From: Corythoichthys intestinalis
Lineage: Eukaryota
Direction: 5' to 3'
Assembly (NCBI RefSeq): GCF_030265065.1
Contig: NC_080410.1
Span: 29,890,661 to 29,954,660, forward strand
Length of the DNA stretch: 64,000 bases
Part shown: positions 63,590 through 64,000 of the stretch, in pieces
Layout: each line of letters begins with the position of its first letter
How positions within the stretch are numbered: position 1 is the first letter of the stretch
Program-made: the position numbers and the translations under genes
Notes under the pieces: model-generated
What the model was told of the DNA's origin: nothing
Database searches by the model: none
What the model saw: only the letters and a program-made list of their open reading frames with translations

Positions 63590-64000
63590 ACAGTGCCTTG
63601 CAAAAGTATTCGGCCCCCTTGAACCTTGCAACCTTTCGCCACATTTCAGGCTTCAAACATAAAGATATAAAATTTTAATTTTTTGTCAAGAATCAACAAC
63701 AAGTGGGACACAATCGTGAAGTGGAACAAAATTTATTGGATAATTTAAACTTTTTAAAATAAAAAACTGAAAAGTGAGGCGTGCAATCTTATTCGGCCCC
63801 CTTGCGTTAATACTTTGTAGCGCCACCTTTTGCTCCAATTACAGCTGCAAGTCGCTTGGGGTATGTTTCTATCAGTTTTGCACATCGAGAGACTGACATT
63901 CTTGCCCATTCTTCCTTGCAAAACAGCTCGAGCTCAGTGAGGCTGGATGGAGAGTGTTTGTGAACAGCAGTCTTCAGCTCTTTCCACAGATTCTCGATTG
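63590..64000 (+). mobile_element. 5' part of a second copy of the same Tc1-like family (continues past window end)
   Basis: Identical left-TIR sequence preceded by a TA. Confidence 0.85.

Overview
Teleost-like nuclear DNA with four protein-coding genes in a dense transposon background; no prokaryotic-type system is present. Exon-intron models were built by hand from splice sites and homology. (1) Last four exons of a jmjd8 orthologue, + strand, ~730-1859, ending ...VFISTFLG*. (2) A complete kpnb1 (importin beta-1) gene, minus strand, 21 coding exons from ATG 27239 to stop 2808, with a CpG-island promoter at 27240-27900. (3) The 3' portion of a kdm2b-like gene, minus strand: CxxC exon 51079-51255, PHD exon 50469-50612, large F-box exon 39830-40911, LRR exons down to stop 31054. 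No JmjC exons were found anywhere in the window. (4) Exons 1-2 of ube2m, + strand, 57777-57891 and 62913-63007. Introns and intergenic DNA are packed with DNA transposons: Tc1-like elements, one nearly intact; hAT elements with 8-bp TSDs; Charlie-like CAGGGGTCCCCAA elements; many MITEs and palindromes. Most notable is a ~1.3-kb TTAA-flanked, TIR-bounded element in two copies that carries a spliced THAP-zinc-finger ORF. One copy contains a nested hAT whose empty site is visible in the other copy. The other copy sits 45 bp upstream of the kdm2b CxxC exon, which begins with an in-frame ATG. All coordinates are hand-derived and may be off by 1-3 nt.
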